Positions 29,290-38,771 of a stretch of DNA of 41,320 nt are shown here, in pieces. The DNA is from Candidatus Shapirobacteria bacterium. GTDB taxonomy: Bacteria; Patescibacteriota; Microgenomatia; UBA12405; BS750m-G30. Below the pieces are notes generated by a model. That model made no database searches. It saw nothing but the letters and a program-made list of their open reading frames with translations, and was not told the origin of the DNA. Positions within the stretch are counted from its first letter, which is position 1; every line of letters starts with the position of its first letter. The position numbers were made by a program, and so were the translations under genes. The stretch spans positions 1-41,320 of the forward strand of contig JADHWP010000003.1 of assembly GCA_016783425.1 (NCBI GenBank). The letters run 5' to 3'.

Positions 29290-30588
29290 TTACTGGCTTA
29301 ATTCTTCCAGGTCATTATCAGAAATGCCTAATTGATTTAAAATCCAAATATGTCTAGGATTTGCCGGATCATATTTACCAATTCTGAATCTTAACAATTC
29401 TTCGGGGTTTTCCCTTATAACAGCCCACACCCCTATATTTCCCTCCCTGTAAATAATATCTTTTTCAAGACATACTCCCCGAGTAGCGCAATTTGTTCCC
29501 CGGAAAGTTCTCACACACCTTTTCCAGGCATTTCTTTGAGCAGCGGCTAAAGCATCAGCTGAGTTTTTCCCAGATACTAATTTTTCGAGATAAAAATATT
29601 TTTCCATTATTTCATATACTCCCCGAAAATCTCTTGGCTGACCATCTAGCCCTTTGGCCAAACCTATAGCTAAATGACCCAACAACCCTGAAAAATCTTC
29701 TACCTTGCCATCCAAAGCTTGCTCCCTTGTGGCTGCCACGCCCTCCTCACCTTTTTCATAACGGTCAAATCCCAATCCCAATAATTGCAAACGGCTCCTT
29801 TCTCCATTAACTCTTCTGGTTACATGAGTGCCAACTTCATGAGCCACTAATTTTTGTAATTTAGCAAAAGCCAACCTTCTTGATTCTGGAACTTTTATTA
29901 CCTTGTGTTCTTGATCAATACCAACTGCAGTCCTACTTCCAGTATCAACCACAACACTCCAACCCTCGGCTCCTAGAGCATTAAGAGCCTCTTGAAAAAT
30001 GTCACGTATTTCCTCGGCAGCATATTGTTTTCCTTCCTCTGGGGGTTCAATATTTATTAAATCCCCCAGTTCCAGAAGTGTTTGAGCGCGAGCAGTAGCG
30101 ATATCATTATCGCTTGGCAACTCTTGTATTGACACTTTAGGTAAATCTGAAGGTAATAGATCAGCCAGCTCTTCTGCAGCCTTTTTAATATCAGGATCTT
30201 CAGAAGATAAATGAGGCTTAATACTGCTTCTTATATTTTGAATGGTATAGGCAAATATTTCTAAAGACGGTTTTCCATAAATAAATTCGGAATATCCCCG
30301 AAATCTTATCATGTCACCATCTTTTGCCGCCCGCAACATTCTAACTTCTGCAATTTTTACGTTTATTTTCCATCGATACAACTGCCTAATTACCTCGTTT
30401 GGCTCTCCGCTAATAACATCCCTTTTTAACTGGAGAAGAGCTGCCTCATCTGCCGATAACCTCTCTTTATCAATCTCTGGATAATCTAAAGTCGGATTAA
30501 GATTTTCGCCACTAAGAAACTGTTGTTTTTGCTTTTCTCTATCCGATGCATCACCTTCCAAATATTCATAAGCCTCAAAAGAACCCAC
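29290..30588 (-). CDS. DUF1704 (HExxxH carboxypeptidase-like) protein; original start probably 30663, cut by a TAA
   Basis: AHEVGTH, EEGVA, RTFRG, KDIIYREG, GKYDP. Confidence 0.82.
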   Translation of the reverse strand: MGSFEAYEYLEGDASDREKQKQQFLSGENLNPTLDYPEIDKERLSADEAALLQLKRDVISGEPNEVIRQLYRWKINVKIAEVRMLRAAKDGDMIRFRGYSEFIYGKPSLEIFAYTIQNIRSSIKPHLSSEDPDIKKAAEELADLLPSDLPKVSIQELPSDNDIATARAQTLLELGDLINIEPPEEGKQYAAEEIRDIFQEALNALGAEGWSVVVDTGSRTAVGIDQEHKVIKVPESRRLAFAKLQKLVAHEVGTHVTRRVNGERSRLQLLGLGFDRYEKGEEGVAATREQALDGKVEDFSGLLGHLAIGLAKGLDGQPRDFRGVYEIMEKYFYLEKLVSGKNSADALAAAQRNAWKRCVRTFRGTNCATRGVCLEKDIIYREGNIGVWAVIRENPEELLRFRIGKYDPANPRHIWILNQLGISDNDLEELSQ

Positions 30589-30667
30589 TCTTTTAAATCT
30601 TTCATGCCACTTTACATCTAAAATTTCTGCTTGGCTTTAAGGAAGTATTTCAGGTTCGTTCATAGTT

Positions 30668-30946
30668 TTAAAAAATAATTTTTCTCTTGACCTTGGCAAC
30701 ATCTTCCGCTTTTTTTATAAACTCAAAACGAGGCACTTTTTTGCCATCTATCCTAACATTTTCCATAAACATCTTTTTTGGTCTAACCCACATAGTATTT
30801 GCGCCTTTACCCTTAATCGGATCCGGGTGATTGTAAACCACCATTTCTTCCAAAGTTTCACTGTGCAAAGCGATACCAATTACTACCACAAGTGTCCCCT
30901 TGTAGTGTCGATATGTTCCCGGCTTAATTTCTTTCATGTTCAGCAC
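30668..30946 (-). CDS. DUF1653 domain protein
   Basis: GTYRHYKG, HSETLEEMVVY, WVRP..MF, PRF; start may be ATG 30937. Confidence 0.9.
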   Translation of the reverse strand: MLNMKEIKPGTYRHYKGTLVVVIGIALHSETLEEMVVYNHPDPIKGKGANTMWVRPKKMFMENVRIDGKKVPRFEFIKKAEDVAKVKRKIIF

Positions 30947-30951
30947 ACTAA

Positions 30952-31560
30952 CTACTCAATTATTTTTGCTTTTCCGTTAACAACTGATAATGCCTGATTA
31001 TTTGTTAATGGAATAATTTTATATTGCGACTTTTTCTTAAATTCATCAATAATCAATTTTTCTTTTTTACAATAATGAGGGGAAATAATTACATTAGTTA
31101 AATTTAATCCGGTTAAATCAGTTAAATTGACATCATTTTCATCAAAAGGACCGGCAATCTCAATATTTGGACCAGCCAAAATACTACCGGCGCTTACTCC
31201 AAAATAAAGTTTGCCGGCTCTTACAAGCTTAATAACTACCTGATCAAAGCCGGTTTCCCTGACCTTTTTAAGCAAGTAAAAAGTATTCCCGCCGCAAACG
31301 TAAATAACATCAAAATCCTCAACCTCTTTAAACGAAACAGGTTTATCCAGACTCAAGGTTTTTATGTTCTTTTTGAAAATACCTAAATCCAGAAGTTCTT
31401 TTTTCGATTCATCAACATATTTTAATTCTTCTTCATTTCTGGCCGCCGCGGGAACAAAAATGATTTTAATTTGGGAAACTGGCTTGTCAATCAATTGTAA
31501 AAACTGATTCGCGATATTTTTGCTTGCCAGCCCTGTAGACGTTAATAGTAATTTTGTCAT
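30952..31560 (-). CDS. peptidase S51 family (peptidase E-like)
   Basis: GGNTFYL, GVSAG nucleophile, PHY. Confidence 0.9.
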   Translation of the reverse strand: MTKLLLTSTGLASKNIANQFLQLIDKPVSQIKIIFVPAAARNEEELKYVDESKKELLDLGIFKKNIKTLSLDKPVSFKEVEDFDVIYVCGGNTFYLLKKVRETGFDQVVIKLVRAGKLYFGVSAGSILAGPNIEIAGPFDENDVNLTDLTGLNLTNVIISPHYCKKEKLIIDEFKKKSQYKIIPLTNNQALSVVNGKAKIIE

Positions 31561-31619
31561 AGTTTAGAAATTTCGCCTAACCAGCCATTATCTAAAAATA
31601 TTTCATAAAACTATCTTGA

Positions 31620-31649
31620 TTTTAGCAGAAGCCTTAATTTTCTTCAATA
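31620..31649 (-). repeat. 30-bp direct repeat copy (orphan PBP 3' end plus promoter)
   Basis: 28/30 identical to 32369-32398 with an 18-bp exact core; reads TTGAAG-17 nt-TAAAAT on the minus strand. Confidence 0.9.
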
Positions 31650-31687
31650 TAAAAATGGTGGTGGTCGTGCTTCCGAAAAAGCTCTGT

Positions 31688-32032
31688 TTAAAATTTTTCT
31701 TTTTCTATGATTTCTTGAACTTCTTTCTTTAAATCCCTGATATCACGAGTTGAAGCATCCCAAATAAGCCCCATGTTGACCCCAAAATAACCGTGAATCA
31801 AAACATCTCTCATGCCAGCAATTTTTCTCCACGGAATTTTTGGATATTTATCCTTAAGTGAAATTGGAATATTCTTTGTGGCTTCACCGATAATTTCTAA
31901 TCTCCTGACAACAGCGTCTTGAATTTGGGTAGACCTTGAAAATTCGTCTTCAGAAACACCCTCAAGATACTTCTCAATTTCAGAAATGCTCTCTAAGATA
32001 TGGGAAAGAAAAATTTTAGGATCTTTTTTCAT
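31688..32032 (-). CDS. HEPN/DUF86 (HepT-like) RNase toxin
   Basis: DAVVRRLEIIGEA, IPW, RDVLIHGY (Rx4HxY). Confidence 0.93.
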   Translation of the reverse strand: MKKDPKIFLSHILESISEIEKYLEGVSEDEFSRSTQIQDAVVRRLEIIGEATKNIPISLKDKYPKIPWRKIAGMRDVLIHGYFGVNMGLIWDASTRDIRDLKKEVQEIIEKEKF

Positions 32033-32309
32033 AAATTATTTCTTGCTCTTTTAAAATAATGTCTTTAAGCAGCGGATGAATACATCCATAGGTTAACAAG
32101 TCAACCCTTCTTTTTAGCATATCTTCAAGATCTAGCTTTAAGCCCACCAAATCCAACAAACTCTTTCTTTCACCATACTCTATTAATAAATCAATATCGC
32201 TGCTTTTTTTCGTATCGCCCCTTGCGCATGATCCAAAAATGGCCGCCTTAACAACTCCTTGGCTTTTTAAAGTAGGAATGATCTTGGCGCTAATATCCTG
32301 GATGGTCAT
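32016..32309 (-). CDS. minimal nucleotidyltransferase (MntA-like) antitoxin
   Basis: FGSCARG...SDIDLL (GSx10DxD), VDL. Confidence 0.93.
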   Translation of the reverse strand: MTIQDISAKIIPTLKSQGVVKAAIFGSCARGDTKKSSDIDLLIEYGERKSLLDLVGLKLDLEDMLKRRVDLLTYGCIHPLLKDIILKEQEIIYEKRS

Positions 32310-32368
32310 AGATAAATCTTAACATATAACAACCGCAAAACAAATTAAAAAAAGTCCTTGTAGCGAAT

Positions 32369-32398
32369 TTTTAGCAAAAACCTTAATTTTCTTCAATA
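32369..32398 (-). repeat. 30-bp direct repeat copy spanning the PBP stop codon
   Basis: Encodes IEEN* plus downstream bases; matches 31620-31649. Confidence 0.9.
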
Positions 32399-34584
32399 AT
32401 CGCACCGGGGGCAACAAAAGGATCGAGGTTGTTGGGAACGTAAATGTTGGTAGTGGGCCAGGGCTGGTCGGTATTTTCAATGTTCGCCGGGCAGTCAAAA
32501 CAAAAAATAGTTCCGAGCGGATCTCTGTTCATCATGTGCTCCTGCCACTCCAGGTTTTCTTTTTGTTCTCCTGGTTGCACTGGTTGATTAGTATCTTTCT
32601 GGATTAGTACTGGTTGACGCAAAGCCACTGATTTTACCGGCTCGGTTCCCTTAATAAAATATTCATAGCGGCCGGCGCACCCTCCTTCGGGGGGCAGCAT
32701 CCCGGTTTCATTGCAAACGGTTTTTCCCACCACTGTATCCGGCCGAGCCGGAAAACGCTGGGGTTTGTCTTTTAAAACAAAACTGATAATTTTGTTCCAG
32801 ATCGGGGAAGCGCCGGTTACCCCGGAAGCGACCGCGCTCATGAAAGTATTGTCATTGTTGCCCACCCAAACGGTCACCACTATTTCCGGGCTATACCCCA
32901 CCGTCCAGTTGTCCCGCTTGTCATTGGTAGTTCCGGTTTTTACCGAAACCTCGGGATGATCCTCAACCACCAGCAAAGAATTTGACCCAAAAGCGGCGCT
33001 GCGGGCCCCATTATCCAGCAAAATATCATTAATTAAATAAGGAACCTCGGGAGGCAAAACCCTTTTTCCCAAAGTAGATTTCTTTTGCGCCAAAACCTCT
33101 CCGTTGCGGTCCTTTACTTCCAAAATAGAAACCAGATCCTGGCGAATACCTAAATTGGCCAGCACCCCAAAAGCCGTCGCCATCTCCGTCATTTTTACCT
33201 CTCCACCCCCTAAAGTTAAAGACAGACCGTAATTTTCCGGATCAGCAAAACTCTCAATTCCCATCGCCGAAGCGGTGGCGATAAAACTTTCCAGTCCGTT
33301 AACAGCCAGCATTTTTACCGCCGGCACATTAAAAGAGTTGCCCAGCGCGTAGCGCAACTGCACCACTCCGTGAAAAAGCCCGTCGTAATTGCGCGGGCAA
33401 TACCCTTTCTGCCCGGGAACGGAAAAGCAAGTAGGCACGTCATTAAAAGTAGTCGCCGGCGTTACCCGGCCGGTCACCAACCCGGTCGCGTAATTAAGGG
33501 GCTTAATCGCCGAGCCCGGCTGACGCAAAGCGGTAGTGACGTTAAACTTGCCATCAATATCATCGGCAAAATAATCTTTACTGCCCACCATCGCCAAAAT
33601 TTCCCCGCTTTTGGGCTCGGTCACCAAAACCGCGCCGTTGGAAACATGGGCTCTTTGCAATTTGGCTACTTCGGAAGCAACCGTACTTTGGGCAAAATCC
33701 TGAATAGTTAAATCCAAACTGGTTTTTACCCGCAACCCCCCCTGATCGACCATGGCCTGACCATATTCTTCTACCAACTGTTCTTTAACGTAAAAAACAA
33801 AATGCGGGGCTTTAATTTTGGCGCCCGGAAAAGCGAAATTTAATTCTTCTTCCCGGGCTTGCCTGGCTTGCTCTTCATTAATAAAACCGCCTTCCCTCAT
33901 TTCGCTTAAAACCAAATATTGACGGCTTAAAGCTACATCCGGGTGAGCAAAAGGAGAAAAGCGGGTGGGTGAGGCGGGCAAACCGGCAAGCAAGGCGCTT
34001 TCGGCCAAAGTTAAATTGGCCACATTTTTATCAAAGTAAGTTTTGGCGGCCGCTTGAATCCCCCAAGCTGTTCCCCCGTACGGAGTTTGGTTAAAATACA
34101 TTTCCAAAATTTGCTTTTTGCTGTAAATTACCTCCGTGGCAATGGTTAAAATCGCTTCTTTAATTTTTCTCCTCCAAGTCCGCTCGGGCGTCAGCAAAGC
34201 ATTTTTTACCAACTGCTGGGTAATGGTGGAGCCGCCCTGAAGCTTCTTTTTAAAAACAATGTTGTAAACCGCCCGGGATATTCCTTTTAAATCAAAACCA
34301 AAATGCTTGTAAAAGCCCCGATCCTCAATCGCCAGCGTCGCTTGAATTAAATGTTCGGGTACTTCCTCTAGCTTTACCGGCACCCGGTTTTTTTCAGTAT
34401 AAATTTCATAAAGCAAACTGCCATTTCGGTCGTAAATTAAAGTAGAAGCCGGGTAGGGGAAAGTGCTTAGCCTGGTTGGGGAAGGTAAATAGGCAATTAC
34501 CAGACCAAAGCCCGCCAAAACCAACCCCAAAAAAGAAAAAATAATTATTCTTCTCAATTTTTTGGGAATCGCCCTGAATTTCAT
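32383..34584 (-). CDS. class A penicillin-binding protein (PBP1A family)
   Basis: EDRGFYKH, GGSTITQQLVKN; SAIK, SFN, KTG. Start set at the ATG 6 nt after TATAAT. Confidence 0.95.
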   Translation of the reverse strand: MKFRAIPKKLRRIIIFSFLGLVLAGFGLVIAYLPSPTRLSTFPYPASTLIYDRNGSLLYEIYTEKNRVPVKLEEVPEHLIQATLAIEDRGFYKHFGFDLKGISRAVYNIVFKKKLQGGSTITQQLVKNALLTPERTWRRKIKEAILTIATEVIYSKKQILEMYFNQTPYGGTAWGIQAAAKTYFDKNVANLTLAESALLAGLPASPTRFSPFAHPDVALSRQYLVLSEMREGGFINEEQARQAREEELNFAFPGAKIKAPHFVFYVKEQLVEEYGQAMVDQGGLRVKTSLDLTIQDFAQSTVASEVAKLQRAHVSNGAVLVTEPKSGEILAMVGSKDYFADDIDGKFNVTTALRQPGSAIKPLNYATGLVTGRVTPATTFNDVPTCFSVPGQKGYCPRNYDGLFHGVVQLRYALGNSFNVPAVKMLAVNGLESFIATASAMGIESFADPENYGLSLTLGGGEVKMTEMATAFGVLANLGIRQDLVSILEVKDRNGEVLAQKKSTLGKRVLPPEVPYLINDILLDNGARSAAFGSNSLLVVEDHPEVSVKTGTTNDKRDNWTVGYSPEIVVTVWVGNNDNTFMSAVASGVTGASPIWNKIISFVLKDKPQRFPARPDTVVGKTVCNETGMLPPEGGCAGRYEYFIKGTEPVKSVALRQPVLIQKDTNQPVQPGEQKENLEWQEHMMNRDPLGTIFCFDCPANIENTDQPWPTTNIYVPNNLDPFVAPGAIIEEN

Positions 34585-34606
34585 CTTTCTATTATACACC
34601 GCGTTC

Positions 34607-34664
34607 TAAATCCTAAACTCTAAACACTAAACTCTAATAAATGACTAAATCTTAATCACTAAAC
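34607..34664 (+). repeat. degenerate heptamer array (TAAATCC/TAAACTC/TAAACAC...)
   Basis: About 8 units; resembles one arm of the 23S IVS hairpins. Confidence 0.8.
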
Positions 34665-34668
34665 AAGA

Positions 34669-34720
34669 GTCATTCTGATCCCGCCAACGGCGGGGGAAGA
34701 ATCTGGCGTTAGCGTAAAAG
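34669..34720 (+). repeat. GTCAT...GAATC REP-like palindrome
   Basis: Homologous to the reverse complement of 24137-24179 (shared GTCAT start and TTAGCGTAAAAG end). Confidence 0.7.
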
Positions 34721-34823
34721 ATTAAACTGAAACAGTCGTTGCCTTTGAATTGGCCAGCTTATCAAAACCCACCTCGGGGGTGTTTTTTGATCAAGGCTCA
34801 CCTCTCCCGAGAGGAAACTCCTC

Positions 34824-37800
34824 TCACTCTTGAGATGTTTGTGGACCACTTAAAGATGGCGTGACTGGCTCTGATTGCCCTATTACTGGTGTCGGTGTTG
34901 ACGGTTGCGGCGTTAGTGCTGGTGGTGCCGAAGGCAGTGCTGGTGGCGCTACCTGCATCGGCGGCTCTGCTGGCTGGGGCTGCGCCGCTTCCTGGGCTTC
35001 TTTTAATTTGCGCTCCTCTTCTTTCCTTTTTAAAATCTCTTTCGGATCCGAAGTAATTAGTTTGTGCTCCTGGGGAGAAGCAATTATTCTAATGGCTACG
35101 TGATTTTGGCCGGCAAAGAAAATCCCCTCCCCAATGTTAGCGGCCAGCAAAAACTGCCGCTCTCCCTGGGAAAGGTAAAAAAGGTCCCCCACCTGATCAA
35201 TCGCCGCCGGATGCTGTTTAAGTAAAATCTGAATGGAAGAGTTTTTTACAATCGCCCCGCCGTATTTAGAAGTCAAAAAATCATCCACATCTTGAGTAAC
35301 CGTGGTCAAGCCCAAATAATATTTTCGCGCTCTTTTGGCCACCCCAAAAAGAAAACGGGCCGAATCCGGGTAGCGCATCAAATACCAGGCCTCATCAATC
35401 ACCAAAACCCGGCGTTTCAGCTCTTTTCTCACCTTGTTCCAAATAAAATCCAAAATAATGTGCATCGCAATCGGCCGCAGCGCCTCTTCCAAATCCTGGG
35501 TCCCAAAAACCACTAATTTATTTTCAATATTAATATTGGTTTGAGTATTAAAAAGGCCGGCAAAAGCGCCTTTAATAAATTTTTCCAACCGGGCGGCTAA
35601 CGAAGCGGCGGTCTCCTCTTCCATCCCAATCAGCACCTTATAAAGGTCTTCAATCAAGGGCATTTCTTTACCAGTTTGAGTTTCCGGGTCCATAGTAATT
35701 CCCTGGTTTTTATAGGTGGCTACTAAGCCTCTGTCTAAAATCGCTTCTTCTTGAGGAGACATTTTGCCCATAATAATCCGAAACAAAGCATACAAGGAAA
35801 GGATTTTACGGGTCAGCTCATTTTCCCCTTCTTCGGGCTTGATTAGCTCTAAATCAAAGGGATTAATTTTGGCCGGAGAGTTAAAGCCAAAAGTGATGTA
35901 TTGGCCGCCCAAAGCTTGACACAAAGTTTCATACTCATTTTCCGGATCAATCACCATCACTTCAGTATCAAACATTAACGAGCGCAAAGTCTCTAATTTG
36001 ATCATATACGAGTTATGAACAAACATTCCTCCCCGGCCGGCTAAAAAGACCCCGTTATCAACAGTTAAATCATAAACCCAGGGCCGATTATTTTTTAATT
36101 TTTTAACCTTAGTAATCGGGTCCCAAAAAAGACTACTTTCAGCCAAAGTTCGCAACTGGCTTAGAATCATTTTTGCTTTTTGAATCTTTTGCTTTCTTTC
36201 TTCCCAGGTTTTTAAAACATATTTTTTGGCTAAAAATACTTTCTGGTAAGTAAGGTTTGCGTTAGGATTTCTGTTTAAAGCAGAGAAAAATCCTTTGCTA
36301 AAATCTTTCTGATAAACTCCCAAGACCTTAAACGACTCTTTAATATCGCTAACTACCTGGTTAGGAGTCAAGTAAGTTTGAACGGCAATTCTAGAAACAA
36401 TTAAAGCGTTTTTTAATTTTGGCTTAACCTTTTTCTTTTTAGTTACTGCCCAGGAAGAGCCTAAGGCTTGCCAGGCTTGAGCATTAAGCTCCTTATCATT
36501 ACTAACAAGACCAATCATTTCTTCAATAGCCGGCAAATTCTCCAGGCGAGGCTTAACTAAAGTTTGCCATTTTTCTAGTTCATCAATGCGCTTTTCGCAA
36601 TCTTTAATTACTCTCTTTAAAAAGGCGGGAGAAGGATTAAACGCTCTTCTTTTTAAAGCCGAAATGGCCGTGGGAATAGCCACGTTGGTAGTGGGGTAAA
36701 GAATTTTAGCCAACTTACTAAATAAACTTTGGAGCTCGGGAACAATATCAACATTAGTGTTTTCCAGCTTAGTTAAAAGATTAGCCAGGGCCTTCTTTTT
36801 TCTTTGGCTAAAAAAGCTAATATTATCGACAAAATTTTGTAAATGTTTTTTCCCGGAAACAGTTAATTGCCAATAAGTTCGCTTCTTGGGTTTTTTAGAA
36901 CCAACCGCCTGCTTTCTTACTTTTCTAATTCGCGAGACAATACCAAAATAATTAAGCAGATAGCTAAGCTGGCTAATTAATTCTTTTGATTTTGATGTGG
37001 CTGAAACTTGGTGAGCCTCTACTGTTCCATCGCCCTCAAAATAACCTTTGATAAGCTCTGCAATAATTTCTTTAGGTGAAGAAAAAATAACTTCAGGAAC
37101 TTTTTTATTGCCTGCTTTTTGACCAATTCCCAGGCTAATTACTATCTGGGCCAAAAGCCGGCTGGCAAAACGAATCTCTTTATCATGAGGCGAAAAAGAA
37201 TTAAAGCCCAGTTTTCTTCCAATAGCAGCCGCTTTTTTAAGGAGCTTTTTGTCACCCGAGCTAATCGCTATCATTGACGATTGAACGGTTCCCTCGGCCA
37301 CAATCAAACCCAAAAAGAAAGCCAATTCTTTGTCAATCTTCAGCTGGCAACTTAAGCATTTATTTTGCTTAACCCGGGGTCCTAAATAAATATCTTTTAA
37401 TTGATTTTTACTTAACTTAATTTGGGTTTGCTCGCAACACCAATTAAAAAAGCTAATTGGCACTCCTCGATCCTGAACATATTTATAAAAATAACAAAAC
37501 AAGGAATGCTTTTTACCTTTTAATTGCTCCCTAAATTGAGTCATTAAAGGAACAGCATTATAAACAAAAAGATTAGGACTTTTTTCCAAAAGCTTTAAAA
37601 GATTAACCTTTTGAAAAAGAGAAGCGCTTGTTCCAATTTGGCGCGCTAAAGGAACAAATTCCCCCGTCGTAACTGCTTCTCCCTTGCTTAAATTCAGTTC
37701 TCCATTTTTTAAAACCACTAAATTATGATCGCCGGTAATCGTCATTTGCCGGCCGGAGGCGGTAGTAATTTGATAAAGATCGTCAGGAGCTACTTTTCGC

Positions 37801-38771
37801 GCGGCAACCGTTACCTTTGACCACTCGGTTTTAAGTTTAGAGTTAAAAGTATAGACCTCCAAACCCGGCGGGAAAATTACTCCCTTTATTTCCTCATCTA
37901 TGCTGACTGTTTTATGTTTTTTCATCAGCTTATTAATTAAAGGGCCAATGGCGGTTAGTTTTATTTCCCCGTCTTGGCGAATCAACACCGGCTCAAATCC
38001 AGCCAGACTTTTCCCCGCCCCGGATTTGGCAAAAACCACGGTATTGTAATTCTCCATGGTAAACCGGTCAAAAACGACTAAAGAACCGTTGTGCTGATTA
38101 ATTCCGTACATAATCCCTTTATCATCAGAAAGCTCCGAAGAAACAAAGGGGAAAGTGGTTGATAGCGTAGCGGTGGGCATGTTTCGGGTGACATTTAGAT
38201 CGTCCTTGCACAAAGGAAGCACGGTTCTAAACCCTTCTTCCATTTCCAAAATGGCTGTTTTCGGAATAATCATCAAGGCCCCCAGCGAGGCCTGCAACTC
38301 TTTGCTGATCCGGTCCAGTTCAGCCACTGATTCCGCCGAAACGGTAATGTAAAGCCCAAATTGAAAAAACTTTTCCACCCCTTTGGCCAACTTTTCCTGC
38401 AAAGACAGCGCATCTTCCAACTTGGCCTGGGTCGTGGGATCAACTACTTTGCCTCGCTGGATATCAGTAGAAATTTCTGCTTCCATCCGGGCAATAGTTT
38501 TGCGCATTTCGTCCAAAACCCCCTTGCCTTCCACCGGGTAAATATACATCGCAATATCCAGCTCCCGATCAAAATTAACTAAAGGAGAGAGCCAGTTGGG
38601 CGAAACATACCGCGGGTAATTAACCACGTAAAAAGTGCGGTGAAAACGATTATTAATCCGCAAGTAGTTAAAGTCTACTTCTACGGCCGAGGGAGCGATT
38701 ATGTCCTTAATCGTGACCAGGCCCGGAGCCAGGGCTGAAGGCGGAAGTACAGCCTTATCCTTAAATTTCAT
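34824..38771 (-). CDS. VirB4-like (DUF87) ATPase containing an intein
   Basis: Walker A AKSGAGK|S, VIDPENEY, INPFD, Walker B VIDEAW, KRARKY, TQD; Pro-rich tail. Confidence 0.93.
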   Translation of the reverse strand: MKFKDKAVLPPSALAPGLVTIKDIIAPSAVEVDFNYLRINNRFHRTFYVVNYPRYVSPNWLSPLVNFDRELDIAMYIYPVEGKGVLDEMRKTIARMEAEISTDIQRGKVVDPTTQAKLEDALSLQEKLAKGVEKFFQFGLYITVSAESVAELDRISKELQASLGALMIIPKTAILEMEEGFRTVLPLCKDDLNVTRNMPTATLSTTFPFVSSELSDDKGIMYGINQHNGSLVVFDRFTMENYNTVVFAKSGAGKSLAGFEPVLIRQDGEIKLTAIGPLINKLMKKHKTVSIDEEIKGVIFPPGLEVYTFNSKLKTEWSKVTVAARKVAPDDLYQITTASGRQMTITGDHNLVVLKNGELNLSKGEAVTTGEFVPLARQIGTSASLFQKVNLLKLLEKSPNLFVYNAVPLMTQFREQLKGKKHSLFCYFYKYVQDRGVPISFFNWCCEQTQIKLSKNQLKDIYLGPRVKQNKCLSCQLKIDKELAFFLGLIVAEGTVQSSMIAISSGDKKLLKKAAAIGRKLGFNSFSPHDKEIRFASRLLAQIVISLGIGQKAGNKKVPEVIFSSPKEIIAELIKGYFEGDGTVEAHQVSATSKSKELISQLSYLLNYFGIVSRIRKVRKQAVGSKKPKKRTYWQLTVSGKKHLQNFVDNISFFSQRKKKALANLLTKLENTNVDIVPELQSLFSKLAKILYPTTNVAIPTAISALKRRAFNPSPAFLKRVIKDCEKRIDELEKWQTLVKPRLENLPAIEEMIGLVSNDKELNAQAWQALGSSWAVTKKKKVKPKLKNALIVSRIAVQTYLTPNQVVSDIKESFKVLGVYQKDFSKGFFSALNRNPNANLTYQKVFLAKKYVLKTWEERKQKIQKAKMILSQLRTLAESSLFWDPITKVKKLKNNRPWVYDLTVDNGVFLAGRGGMFVHNSYMIKLETLRSLMFDTEVMVIDPENEYETLCQALGGQYITFGFNSPAKINPFDLELIKPEEGENELTRKILSLYALFRIIMGKMSPQEEAILDRGLVATYKNQGITMDPETQTGKEMPLIEDLYKVLIGMEEETAASLAARLEKFIKGAFAGLFNTQTNINIENKLVVFGTQDLEEALRPIAMHIILDFIWNKVRKELKRRVLVIDEAWYLMRYPDSARFLFGVAKRARKYYLGLTTVTQDVDDFLTSKYGGAIVKNSSIQILLKQHPAAIDQVGDLFYLSQGERQFLLAANIGEGIFFAGQNHVAIRIIASPQEHKLITSDPKEILKRKEEERKLKEAQEAAQPQPAEPPMQVAPPALPSAPPALTPQPSTPTPVIGQSEPVTPSLSGPQTSQE
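36012..38009 (-). mobile_element. intein (666 aa) with LAGLIDADG homing endonuclease
   Basis: Begins SLAGFEPV; block B TITGDHNL; FFLGLIVAEG and LIKGYFEGDG; ends VYDLTV...FVHN followed by extein Ser. Confidence 0.93.

Noticed and set aside
28360-33969. Shared nucleotide tracts between the two PBP genes (e.g. AAAAGGAGAAAAGCGGGTGGG)
   Set aside because: They fall on conserved protein motifs of paralogues. No reverse transcriptase or adenine-specific variation suggests a DGR.
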